Source of the DNA: Pecten maximus
Lineage: Eukaryota
Direction of reading: 5' to 3'
NCBI RefSeq assembly: GCF_902652985.1
Contig: NC_047028.1
Location: 25,110,001 to 25,174,000 of the forward strand
DNA: 64,000 nucleotides
Notes under the pieces: generated by a model
The model's input: only the letters and a program-made list of their open reading frames with translations
What the model was told of the DNA's origin: nothing
The model's database searches: none
Part shown: positions 12,501-24,000 of the stretch, one piece after another
Position numbering within the stretch: position 1 is the first letter of the stretch
Layout: each line of letters begins with the position of its first letter
Translations under genes and position numbers: made by a program

Positions 12501-15500
12501 TTTAACCTGAAGGTATTGGTTGAATGTGGAATCTTATCCTGAAGGTGTTGGTTAAATGCGGAAGCTTACCCTAAGGGTGCTGGTTGAATGTGGAAACTTA
12601 CCCTGAAGGTATTGGTTGAATGTGGAAGCTTACCCTGAAGGTATTGGTTGAATGTGGAATCTTACACTGAAGGTGTTGGTTAAATGTGGAAACTTACCCT
12701 GAAGGTGTTGGTTGAAAGTGGAAACTTACCCTGAAGGTGTTGGTTGAATGTGGAATCTTATCCTGAAGGTGTTGGTTAAATGTGGAAGCTTACCTAAGGG
12801 TGCTGGTTGAATATGGAAACTTACCCTGAAGGTGTTGGTTGAATGTGGAAGCTTACACTGAAGGTGTTGGTTGAAAGTGGAAACTTACCCTGAAGGTGTT
12901 GGTTGAATGTGGAAGTTTAACCTTGAGGTGTTGGTTGAATGTGGAATCTTACCCTGAAGGTTTTAGTTGAATATGGAAGCTTACTCTGAAAGTGTTGGTT
13001 GAATGTGTAATCTTACACTGAAAGTGTTGGTTGAATGTGGAAGCTTACACTGAAGCTGTTGGTTGAATGTGGAAGCTTACCCTGAAGGTGTTGGTTGAAT
13101 GTGGAATCTTACACTGAAGGTGTTGGTTAAATGTGGAAGCTTACCTAAGGGTGCTGGTTAAAAGTGGAAACTTACCCTGAAGGTGTTGGTTGAATGTGGA
13201 ATCTTATCCTGAAGGTGTTGGTTAAATGTGGAAGCTTACCTAAGGGTGCTGGTTGAATGTGGAAACTTACCCTGAAGGTGTTGGTTGAATGTGGAAGCTT
13301 ACACTGAAGCTGTTGGTTGAATGTGGAAGCTTACCTTGAAGGTGTTGGTTGAAAGTGGAAACTTACCCTGAAGGTGTTGGTTGAATGTGGAATCTTACCC
13401 TGAAGGTGTTGGTTGAATGTTGAATCTTAACCTGAATGTGTTGGTTGAATGTGGAAGCTTACCCTGAAGGTGTTGGTTGAATGTGAAATTTTACCCTGAA
13501 GGTGTTGGTTGAATGGGTAAGTTAAACCTGAAGGTGTTGGTTGAATGTGCAAGCTTGCCCTGGAGGTGTTGGTTGAATGTAGACGATGCTTACCCTGAAG
13601 GTGATGGTTAAATGTGGAAGCTTACCCTGAAGGTGTTGGTTGAATGTGGAAGCTTGCCCTGAAGGTGTTGGTTGAATATGGAAACTTACCCTGAAGGTGT
13701 GGGCTGGACTGGGTCTGGCAGAAGAATTTTACAGATGGCTTGATAAGTAAGTTCATCATACATCACTATGGCCTCCATGACTGCAGGGTGGGTCATTAGG
13801 GAACAGGTAATAAACTGCAGTGGGAGTCTTCTCCAAAACTCCACAACTACATCTCGTACCTACAGTTTAATTGAATCATAACATACATTTGTAATTGTGA
13901 GAGCTCTGTCTAAATTATAGTTAAATATTATGCATCACATTTTGTTCTGAGGGTTTTGCAGGGCTGATACTGCACACGTTAACCCTATTATCAAATGAAA
14001 TCATTTCATATTTAAGTCAAATTCCCAAAATTTGTAGTTTACTCCTGAAACATACACTTCCAAGTTCACCAATTTTCTTCCCAAAATGTGGCAAAAGGCC
14101 CTTATCCCAAACCAGTAAAAACAATTGTACTATCATTGAACTTTCAGACCTCATAAAAGTGTGCCACCAGAATACATTCCAGAATCTCCACTGAGTGAGT
14201 CTTGTAAAGTGCCAGGAATTCCCTGATCTGAAAATATAACATTCAAAGGCTCAATATTATTTATGATGCCCATGCATATATACCGGGTATTGCTCACCTT
14301 AATTATGAAGGTTAGACTTTAGTGGAAGTTTTTATTTGTTTGACTTTCAAAATAAATATCTAGCTGTCATATTTAATTGGATCTCAAAGGTTTGGTACAT
14401 TACACATGAAATATGATAACTCTCAGCATCTTGTTTAAATAAGTATGTGGCATTTGACCCTTGTGACCATAAAAATGGGTCAAGGTCATTCATTTGAACC
14501 AACATTCATTTGAGCCAACATGATCATGTAGCCTATCTCAGCAAGTGTATTGTAGTAGCTAAACTGATGTCCTTGGGTCTTCTTTGCTTTTCAGTAAAAG
14601 TTGTTTGACACATCCCTGTGACTTTGAAATTAGGTCAAGGTCATTCATCTGAACAAATCTGACAACTCTTCATGATAGCAAGTCATTTTAAGATTGTTAA
14701 CACATTTGACACCAGTGTGGGGAGAAGAGATCATTTTAATGAGAAATTCTAACACATGAGATAAATGTTAATTGATTAAACTGACACTACACCAAAAGCC
14801 TTTTTTCCCATTTTCTTGTTGCTATCTTTAAGTCTATCTTAGAGTTGTATTAGGAAATTGTGATTGTTGACTTATGGTGTACATCATGTAATCATGTAGT
14901 GGTGAAATAACAGGCAAGTGATTTCAGTAATACATGTACCAAGACGTCTGAATATATATAATTATAGTAACTCACAATGTTTGTCAGCTGTACTGGAATA
15001 CTGTTACAGATGTGAGCATTGGTGGAAGGCTCTAATAGTGCCAACAGCTTTGCTCTGTCTTCATCTGTAGCTTTTAGACTTCTCTGTAATATCAATATAT
15101 ATACATGTGTGTACTGGTACATGATAATGTTGATTTACCAACATTGAATATTTCCAAACAATTTATTTTTGTGATATAGGCCCATTAATTTCCAAATGAA
15201 ATTATCTCATATTTAAGCCAAATTCCCAACATTTGATGCTAACTCTCAAATTCTCCCTTTCTTAAATTCACCAATTTTCTTCCAAAAAATGAGACAAAAA
15301 GGCACCATCCCAAACAAGTGGCAAACAATACCTGTATTAAAACCTGTATTTGCTTTAAAAGTCAGGTTCCAGATCATGATTTTAATAGAACAAACTTTAT
15401 GGTGTTGACTTATATATTAAACGCATTATATTTGTACAATTGTTGCATTTTCATAACTCAGCACCTTGTTATATATGTTACAAATCAGACAATTACATAG

Positions 15501-18500
15501 TGTCACTTGATAATTACCTGATATGATGACATTTTCATGACTGTCTGCTTGTCCTTCACCTTGGCTTCATAGGCAAAGCTTTAACACACAGTGACAGTAT
15601 CAGAAAGCATCATTAAACAATTATTAGAAACTGGCCATTCACTTCTTAACTAAATGTAATGACAAGTCTTAACTGACTTTCACTTAATTCCATTGCTGAA
15701 ATATTTGAATTGGAAGCAGCCATGTACCTATCACTTATCGTATGTCGTATTCATATATATATTTATACATTTGTATTCATACTATTTAATGTCAATGAGA
15801 TAGTTTCTTATTTTAATGTTTTCCATCAAAATTGATTATCTTTGGAATGCATGAATTAATAAGTTTAAAAAAATATTTAATTCATTATCCAGAGCAAGCT
15901 GATTTAAGAGAATTTATCAGAAATTTTCTTATAAATATTTTCTTAACAAAATAGGTATCACTTTGCAATGCTATTATCCAGGACAAGATTTAAGAATTTT
16001 TTCTCACATATAGTATCCCATAACTCTTATTCTTGTAATGTAATGGAAAATGCCATCTACCTTTCTAAACCTCAAAATTATCCAAATCACATTCATGACT
16101 CAGAATCCTTCTTATGACACACTGGTTATTCTAAAGATAATAATTTTATGATGGATATTGATGGAATTATACTCACCACTGCCTGTTCTTGCCCGTATTG
16201 ACCAACACGAAAGGGCCGTCATCTTCTTTGGGTCTGATGCCATAGTAGTGATACCTAGATACACAAAATTGAAGCATGTAACATCCTAAATTAAGCTACA
16301 ATTGCAATTAAACCTGACATATTATTTGGTAGTCTAGAGGAACAATTTAATGGGAGACACCCTGTTATTTAATTGAGTGGTGTGATATGACCAAAATGAG
16401 TTATCGTATCTGTATGATGATAATATCAGAAAGAACAGAAATGACAGGAATATATCTCTGCATTGCTTTGAGGTCTAACCAGTAACTCAGGGCTAAAACA
16501 AGGGTAATATAAAGGTACGAGGCTTTCCGAAGGATAACTACCCAGAATCCTTGGAACCGTACATAAATACAATGCTGTCTTACAACAACCCTACTAATCA
16601 CATAACAGTAACTTGGAGGTTCCCAATGATTCATGGTTACCTGTTTATTTATACTCTCATTCATGAATCATTATAAAAAACTGTTTGTGTTTTAAATACA
16701 TTTACTTTAAATCAAACATACATATTTCCAAATTTGTTAGCCAAAGGTGTTCAGTACGATACTCCTTTTTACAAAGAGGAGAGTATTCATTTGAACACCC
16801 TTGGGCCTTGGCTAGCAAAGTTGCAATTTTCATAATAGTGGTAATTTGGTACAGCTTAATTATCTTTGTAATTACAATTAACAATTATAACTCATGTCTA
16901 TAAAACATTGTATGGCACTTTCTTTTTACACCTTGTATACTAATTCTAAAGAAAATCCTCAGGCATTTTGTGCTGATTCAGCAAATTGTCCTAATCTAGT
17001 GAAATGTGCACAAAATTATCATGTAAGAATTTTACAGGAAATTGTGCTCATCAATTAAAATTCTAAAAATATGGAAATTATTACAATGCACAAAATCACC
17101 ACACCTGGAAGTATTTCACAGTGAGTTACGAAAAAAACCCAAAGCCTAACGAGTGATTTTATTTTGAAATCTAACATTACTTGGGGTATATTTCTTTTTA
17201 TCGATGAAAATCAAACTAGCTTGTTGTCTTACCAGTACATGAATATTTGTCATTTAATTATGTCCCACAGATACTGTTATACACCAATTTGACAAGCTTA
17301 CTTGGAATTTCCTCGGACACCTATGCGCCTTGTAGAGATTTTAGGAAAAACAATTTTGACAACCTTCCCGAAGTTAGCTTGATTACAGGGAGCACAGGAG
17401 AGGTGGTCACAGTGCTGAACAAAGTAACTGTAAATGTCTGACCGTGCGACGCTGGCATGAGGGTGGTATTCAAAATGATTTCTCAACCTGCAATATTCCA
17501 ATAACAGAATTATTACAAAAATCATTAAAAGTTGACGATTTCTCAATCTGCAATATTCCATCAATGAAATTATTATATAAAAAAAAACATTATTATTTAA
17601 AAGTTGATGAGGAAGTTAAATACATCAATTAAATTGAATATTTGTATATTTTGAAAAACTATAATTGAAATCATAAATCTTCTGTCTACTCATTCTTAAT
17701 TTTCTGTGCAGATATAAGAACATAAAAATTCATAATTAAAGTGATAGAAATATCTATAATTATGTTCTGGATTTTCAGAGTCATACACTTTTGAAGGAGT
17801 TTACAAAACACATTGCACAGGTTAGTACTAGACATTCGAATAACTACCAACATAATTGCAGAATATCATGCAATACAAAGATTTGTAAATATAGTCGGTC
17901 AAAGATGAAAATGTGGAAATGAATGAGAATGTAAATTAGGAATCTAACCAAATTAATTTGGACTGGTTTAGAAATGGCATTCAGGGTAACAGGAAACATT
18001 TGGTACTCTACCAGCAGAGCACAGTATATAACTAGCCCGAGTTTCCTCTGGCCCTGACACCATGTCTAGTGCTAGGCTACACCAGGCATGGTGTCATAGC
18101 CAGAGGAAACTCAGGCTAAGTATATAACATATCAATTAATGGAATTATGTTTTGATACACAAAAAATAAAACAAAAGCTTTGTCATATAAGTTATACGCT
18201 CTCTATTGTTGATAGCTTAACGATCTTAGGATACTGATGATGCAGGGATTAGAAAGGCCTCACCAAGCCTCAGCCAGCGGGAAACCGACGGTCTGGTTAC
18301 TAAGAGGCATTGTTTGTCTGTAAATCCTTTCTGCCTGAGCTCGTACATCTGCTGTATGTAACGCTATCCTCTCAATAGGCCTCTTTGTTTTACACTCTGA
18401 TGTATGAGCCATCTTTGTTAGCTCTTGTAATTCAGGATCTGTAAATTATAAACAGTACAGTAAATGTTAATTAATTTCATTGTTTAATTCACTATGGTAT

Positions 18501-19452
18501 TGGACCTAATATAGACTAAGTTTGCTAAAAAAATAAAATAGGTAAGTGCACTGTTAAAACTATTTGAAAATTTTCACAAAATGTCAGAATTTAAATCGTT
18601 TCTTTCAAATACAGAAATACAACATATATATTGCAAGAGACTGATATTTTCTAGGCAAATTAGTAAATTAAACAACCTTTCCATGGGGTTCATATGCAAA
18701 TATGGTCATATACACTCTCCAAGAAAATAGAAAGGGGCTGTGGTCCTCAGTACGCAAATATAGGGAAACCAATTTTCAATTGATCACACAATAACATTTT
18801 TTGCAGGAATAAAATTCCATACAGTATATCTATATCCCATAAAACAGCATGGGAATTATCCAGGTAGTGTAATCATAATCTTGGATTTGTTATTCTAGTA
18901 TCTACATTATACTTCCGAAAAGACTGGGATAGCAAATTTTGAATGAACTTTTGTCGCTTTGAATCCAATCCTAACCATTTGCCATTTTTCTGTTGTGCTT
19001 TACTTGCATTCAACAGAAACGTTTGTGGTTGATCATACTAAGGTATATGTCACTAGAAAATAAAAGGGTTTTTATAATTAGGCTTACTATCATCAATAGA
19101 ATGAAAATGTTAAGTTTTTGATAAAAAATTATCGATTACAAAATGTTGTCTGTGGTATTTCATGGGTCTGCAAAATTCAATATAGTGAGGCTGACCAATT
19201 TACTGTTTTAATATTAACAGAGACCTATATACTTAAAATATAGGTCTCTGATATTAACAGGATCAATATATAGTATCCAAATCACTGTAGTCTACCTTCA
19301 GCACTATTTCCTTCCTGGGATCTCCTCCAATTTGATGGACAGGCAGATAGATATGGATCATCGTGGTTTATAAGACAAATAGCACAGTCTTCAAGGGTCA
19401 GTCGCAACTGTTGGTGTCCAGATAATCTGTAGCTTAGGTCACTCATACTCAT
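6540..19452 (-). CDS. RFX-family winged-helix transcription factor (RFX4/6/8-like, divergent), about 528 aa, 13 coding exons
   Basis: Exons 19452-19296, 18438-18264, 17487-17302, 16254-16177, 15578-15518, 15083-14976, 14227-14150, 13859-13690, 12207-12107, 11175-10987, 10207-10107, 9672-9564 and 6613-6540 total 1587 nt with all phases compatible. DNA-binding domain: WLRNHFEY...SVARSDIYSYFVQHC...[36 protein letters not shown]. Dimerisation region: FLALYKTHSVEILE...EFW...YQAICKILLP...LEEYIEWIE...KQLLLQWS...LTL.ASPTLGSFHLLDVLFKDY. Confidence 0.9.
6758..7225. repeat. 50-bp minisatellite (about 9 units) in the last RFX intron
   Basis: Unit gattggatgctaaatcttcactgataatttgaaactgtatgacattcgaa; period 50 (e.g. 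6961, 7011). Confidence 0.95.
7774..8621 (+). mobile_element. Helentron-associated interspersed element (HINE/DINE-like) with degenerate internal repeats
   Basis: Starts tttttaggtcatct and ends tcagatgacc...gggccatggccttctcgtt (subterminal inverted repeat plus 3' hairpin). Repeated internal blocks such as ccaaatttggtgtgaaac..gagggtaatcata. Confidence 0.65.
12320..13700. repeat. 32-bp minisatellite (about 43 units) filling RFX intron 8 and overlapping the exon 8 donor
   Basis: Unit ctgaaggtgttggttgaatgtggaagcttacc. On the minus strand it reads CACCTTCAGG|GTAAG..., i.e. the exon end plus the 5' splice site. Confidence 0.95.
18033..18118. mobile_element. Short palindromic insertion (TAGCC..GAGTTTCCTCTGGC family) with 10-bp target-site duplication
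   Basis: Inverted arms tagcccgagtttcctctggc / gccagaggaaactcaggcta; agtatataac duplicated at 18023-18032 and 18119-18128. A second copy lies at 20593-20662. Confidence 0.8.
19218..19250. mobile_element. 33-bp hairpin insertion with flanking direct repeat
   Basis: cagagacctatat-acttaaa-atataggtctctg flanked by atattaa on both sides. Confidence 0.6.
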
Positions 19453-19732
19453 AGCACCTACAATATGTCAGTGCAGGCTATATTTGTATCGTATAGTGAC
19501 AAACAGAAAATAACATAATTTACCTTACTATAATAACGCGGCGAGAAAACGTATACGTAGCGACGTCGGCTTCAGAGGCAGAACTAAGAAATAACCAGAG
19601 ATTTTCAGCTAAAGCATTTACCTTTTCTGCAATTAAAACAAAAACAGTTACTGTACTCTATTAAGAAATGTCTGGTCAAACAAAAGTACATATTATGAAT
19701 AAACATAATATCATCGAACTTTGTTAATTTAC

Positions 19733-20033
19733 CTTCTGATAGATCTAGCCGACCAGTCTCTTCTTTTAGTTCAAATTGTATTGAACTGTTATAATTTGAA
19801 TATTAAAAATATTCGCGCCAAATATCTAAAACTACTTTGCGAGAAAAGAATTAAAACAAGGGACGTCACTCTGATCACGAACTCAGTGTTGACTTCCGGT
19901 CGTGTTGTTGTGGGGAAGATGTCAATTCAGACAGTGGTATCGAACTGTTAAATGTCATTATTTAGAAGTTTAGTTGGCCTGCTACTCCAGAGAACATTAT
20001 ATCCCATTAACCGTAAATGAATATTGTTCCATG
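19733..20033. promoter_or_regulatory. Putative bidirectional promoter between the RFX gene (-) and the Kelch-like gene (+)
   Basis: Opposite-facing donors: minus GAAG|GTAAAT at 19733 and plus ATG|GTAAGT at 20033. Between them lie E2F-like TTCGCGCCAAA (about 19813), CRE-like GACGTCA (about 19862) and ETS-like ACTTCCGG (about 19892). Confidence 0.55.
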
Positions 20034-20592
20034 GTAAGTAAAGCCCAAGTTTGCTGTGCCTGATTTGTTTTTATTCACTGCCTGCAGCCACACAGACAAA
20101 AAAGAACAGCTTCCATCTGTCAGATCGAGTACGACCAACTCTGGCCACTAGCTATGTCAGCAACTCCACTGGAAAGCTGAATTGCCGTGATAGAGGATGT
20201 TAAACCCATTAATGAAAATCCAGCAATATACCTCTTTATTTAGATACTGGCATGGCTTTACCACCTACATGAGTCCATCCATTGTTAGGTTTCGTTAACG
20301 TTTCTCCAACTGAACTGTAGTCAGTATTCTGTCGGCGTAATATAGCTGTGTGTATATGCAGAAAAAATCAGGATATACATATATATATAAAGCTCGCTTG
20401 ATACAGTTATTTTGTAAAAGTAGAGAGTATATTTAATTATTTATACTATATTATGTGCCCTTTGGCTTTAGCTCAAACTATACCGCTATTATCTAACCCG
20501 ATGGAAAATTTCACTTTGATCTAACGAGTGCATATTACGGAAATGTATCACCGAAGTTGTATTGCAGCATGCTCTCGAGTGTCAATGCAAGG

Positions 20593-20662
20593 TAGCCGGA
20601 GTTTCCTCTGGCCCTGACATCATGATGGCTGGTGAACATGTCTTCAGAGGAAACTTAGGCTA
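20593..20662. mobile_element. Second copy of the TAGCC..GAGTTTCCTCTGGC palindromic element
   Basis: tagccggagtttcctctggccctgaca...cagaggaaacttaggcta, with the same termini as 18033-18118. Confidence 0.7.
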
Positions 20663-21097
20663 TAGTCTAAAAATTGATAATATATATGGAAAGTTACAAA
20701 ATATTCAATGAAAAGTCAAATTATTAAAATATTTGTATATAGGTTATAAATTATTGAGCAGTTTCCTTAGAGATAATAAAACAGAACCTGGATTGTAGTT
20801 GTCTTTGAGCACAATGTTTTCATGAAGGATTGAATAATTTAGAAGTAGAGATAGTATATAATAACTCATCCCAGCAATGTTTCAGGATTAATTGAATATT
20901 GAAAATCTTATGACTGCATGCCCCTTGTGTTGTAGTCAGGAAATAATGTTGTTAAATAAACCTATCATTTTATACATTTTATCTTGTACAGAAGAATGGC
21001 AGATGCTGACACATTGTTGCAAAGTACAGGTACGTTAGAAAAGTGTTGATGTTGGACTGTCCAAAAAACATCAGGGCCAGCTAGTCCTGTATTGGCA

Positions 21098-24000
21098 ATG
21101 GAGGCTAGTTTATGCTCCAACAGCTTACTGGAGTCTCAAGAGCCCCAGACTAGTGAAACTCCCACCCCAGGGGATGACCGCTTTATGGATCAGGAGCGCC
21201 CCAGTAACCTTCTCAAGGGATTCTCCCGTCTGTACAAAAACAAAGAGTTTGTAGATGTTACACTGATTGTGGATGGACGCGAGTTTCCTTGTCACAAGAA
21301 TGTACTGGCAGTGTCAAGTCCCTTCTTCATGGCTATGTTTTCCACAGATATGGCTGAGAGTCAGCAGGATAAGATAACTCTTAAAGAACTAGAGGCACTT
21401 ACTATGGAGTTGGTGCTGGACTATGTGTATACAGGTTCTGTGATGCTCTCAGAAGACACGGTTCAACATCTCCTCTCTGCTAGTAATCGATTCCAACTCC
21501 TCAGCCTCAGGAGTGGATGTGCTGAGTTCATGATGAATCATATCACAGTTAGTAATTGTATTGGTGTGTACTTCTTTGCAAAGGCCCATGAGTGTCAAGT
21601 CCTTGCAAATAAAGCTAAAGAAATAATAAACAACCAGTTTAATAATTTATGTAGACAGCAGGAATTTCTCAGTCTCCCTGCGGACAAACTTGTCGAGATT
21701 ATCAGTGATGATGATATTAATGTGACAGCAGAAGAGACTGTATTTGAAGCTTGTATGGAGTGGTTGAGCACAGACACAGCAGGACGACAGCAGCATCTGA
21801 CGGCCATTATGGACTGTGTGAGGTTCGCCAATATCAGTTCGTATTACTTCTGTGACAGGATAGATAACAGCCCGATACTAAGGGAGTGTGCATCTCTAAG
21901 GAAGACTCTAGAAACCGTCAGGTACTACCACATGCTGAGAAACAGACAACAGGAAATGGATTTAAACTTGATGCCGCGTAAAGGCATGATGTACGAGCGA
22001 GGGGTCATGATCATTGCAAATCCGTACACTGAAGATCAGCTGAAAAAATACAACAGTATGGAAATGTTACTACCTAAACTGGGAGAGGTCATCCACATAT
22101 GTAAACTTCCCCAGAGTCTTTATACCCCAGGTGAGATTTTGTACTGTTATAATTCCAATTTGATTATAATGATATGGTTATCAAATTGAGTCTATTAGGG
22201 TAAGAATCTATGTAGCTGGTAAAGGGGATGAAAAATTCTCCATGCAGGTGTAAAATTAGGATAAAAAACATCTTCAGAGGTTTTAATTCTGAGCTCTTAT
22301 TCTATGTCCATGCAGGCTTAAGATGTCCTTATATTACCTCTAGATTGTGAATGCAACAGTAATGGGCTTGCAGATTGTCAATTTCTAAGTAAAATCAAAT
22401 AGATAAAAGTTTACTTGTATTTGAAAAGAACAGGGAAATATATATATTTACTTCAAATGAAAGATAAGATTTGAAATTAAAAAATAATATAAGTTTTTGA
22501 AAATGAAGTCCGGTTTCAGAGACGTTTTAATTATTTTTATTCAATATCTGACTGCTGTTTTTAGACTTGTACATATACAGTGAAACCTGACTTTACTAAC
22601 ACACTGAAGGGCTGAGTCTATGTGTCGGTACAGTCATGATCAGTGTTGGCGATGACAATGAAGAATGTCACCGTTTTGATTGATATGGTCAGATTATAGA
22701 GGATGTTATTTAAGTCAGTGGTTGATAATTAAAATATAAAGACAGGTTTCACTGTTTTTTAATCTTTTTAATGGAATTTGTCATAATTTATGTTCTGTTG
22801 TCAGGTTGTGCTATCACGGGAGACAATCAGATATACTTGGCTGGTGGGGCGATTCGTAAGATTAATTACAGAGGTTCTATCACTACGGAGGGAGTATCAA
22901 ACAACTTCTACATCTACGACCAGGTCGATAGGTCATGGCAAACTAAGGCCAAGATGCATATGTCTCGGTCACAGTTTGGACTTACAATTGTAGATGGGTA
23001 AGTAAAAGAAAGAAGTGATATTCTTCACATACTGATATTTTATAAATGGATATGTCAAAGCCACAGGGACTTGGTAAACATTCTCAGTCCAGGACCGTCC
23101 TCAGTCAATGTTTTTTCATGTTAATAAAACCATTTATCGACCTTATCAAAAGGCTATAAATGTACAGTGTATATGGACTATATCTAATTTTTTGACCACG
23201 TGCACCAATATTTGTAGTTATGATAAGATTGTGCATCATCCTATTTATGTTGCTGATAGCTTTCTGAATATATAGAATGCATTATTTCAAAGGGAAAAGA
23301 TATGTCCTTTTTAATAGAAATGAATGATTGCCATTATTACCAAATTTATTTGATGTATTGTTAGGTTTGCCTACGCCATAGGTGGACAGGACGGATCTGA
23401 AATTCTCACAACAGTTGAGCGATATGATCCTCACACAAATGCTTGGACACTCATCAACCCACTCAACAAAGCATTGAGGTTCATGACCTCCATCTCTTAC
23501 AAGGGAAAACTGTACGTGTTTGGAGGGGAGACAACCAACAGTATTAGCAGCTCAGCCTACAAGTAAGAAAAACAGATCTATAGGCTTTGTATTTAATGCA
23601 GGATTAAAGACTTCATTATCTGTATGGTTTTGTACGGCATTTACAACAGTCTTTTCATGGTTTTGTACAGCATTTACAATAGTCTTTTCCTGGTTTTGTA
23701 TGGCTTTTACTATAGTCTTTTCATGTCCCCTTACAAAATTGATTCTTACAACCAAAAGATGACAAACTTTTCATAGTTTGATTAAGAATTATTATTAAAG
23801 ATTCTATTGTGTGATGAATGACTCAAACTGATATAGTCCTCATGTATTCATTCTCCATGTATGGCATATCAAAGTTTATTCTTTGCTTTCCAAATTTCCT
23901 TAGATATGACCCAACAGAAGACAGCTGGCAAGAGTTACCTCCCATGTCCACCCCAAGGGTGCTTGCCGGCAGTGTTATCCACAAGGACAAGATATATGTG

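Noticed and set aside
12320-13700. Possible CRISPR array (32-bp repeats)
   Set aside because: Units are contiguous with no unique spacers, there are no cas genes, and the context is a eukaryotic intron.
21044-21052. Selenocysteine reading of TGT-TGA-TGT upstream of the Kelch ORF
   Set aside because: No SECIS element could be identified by eye and Kelch-like proteins are not known selenoproteins. Kept only as a uORF/splicing observation.
22131-22189. C-terminal tail of the 365-aa ORF (EILYCYNSNLIIMIWLSN)
   Set aside because: Intron read-through past the CAG|GTGAGA donor; the Kelch repeats continue in downstream exons.
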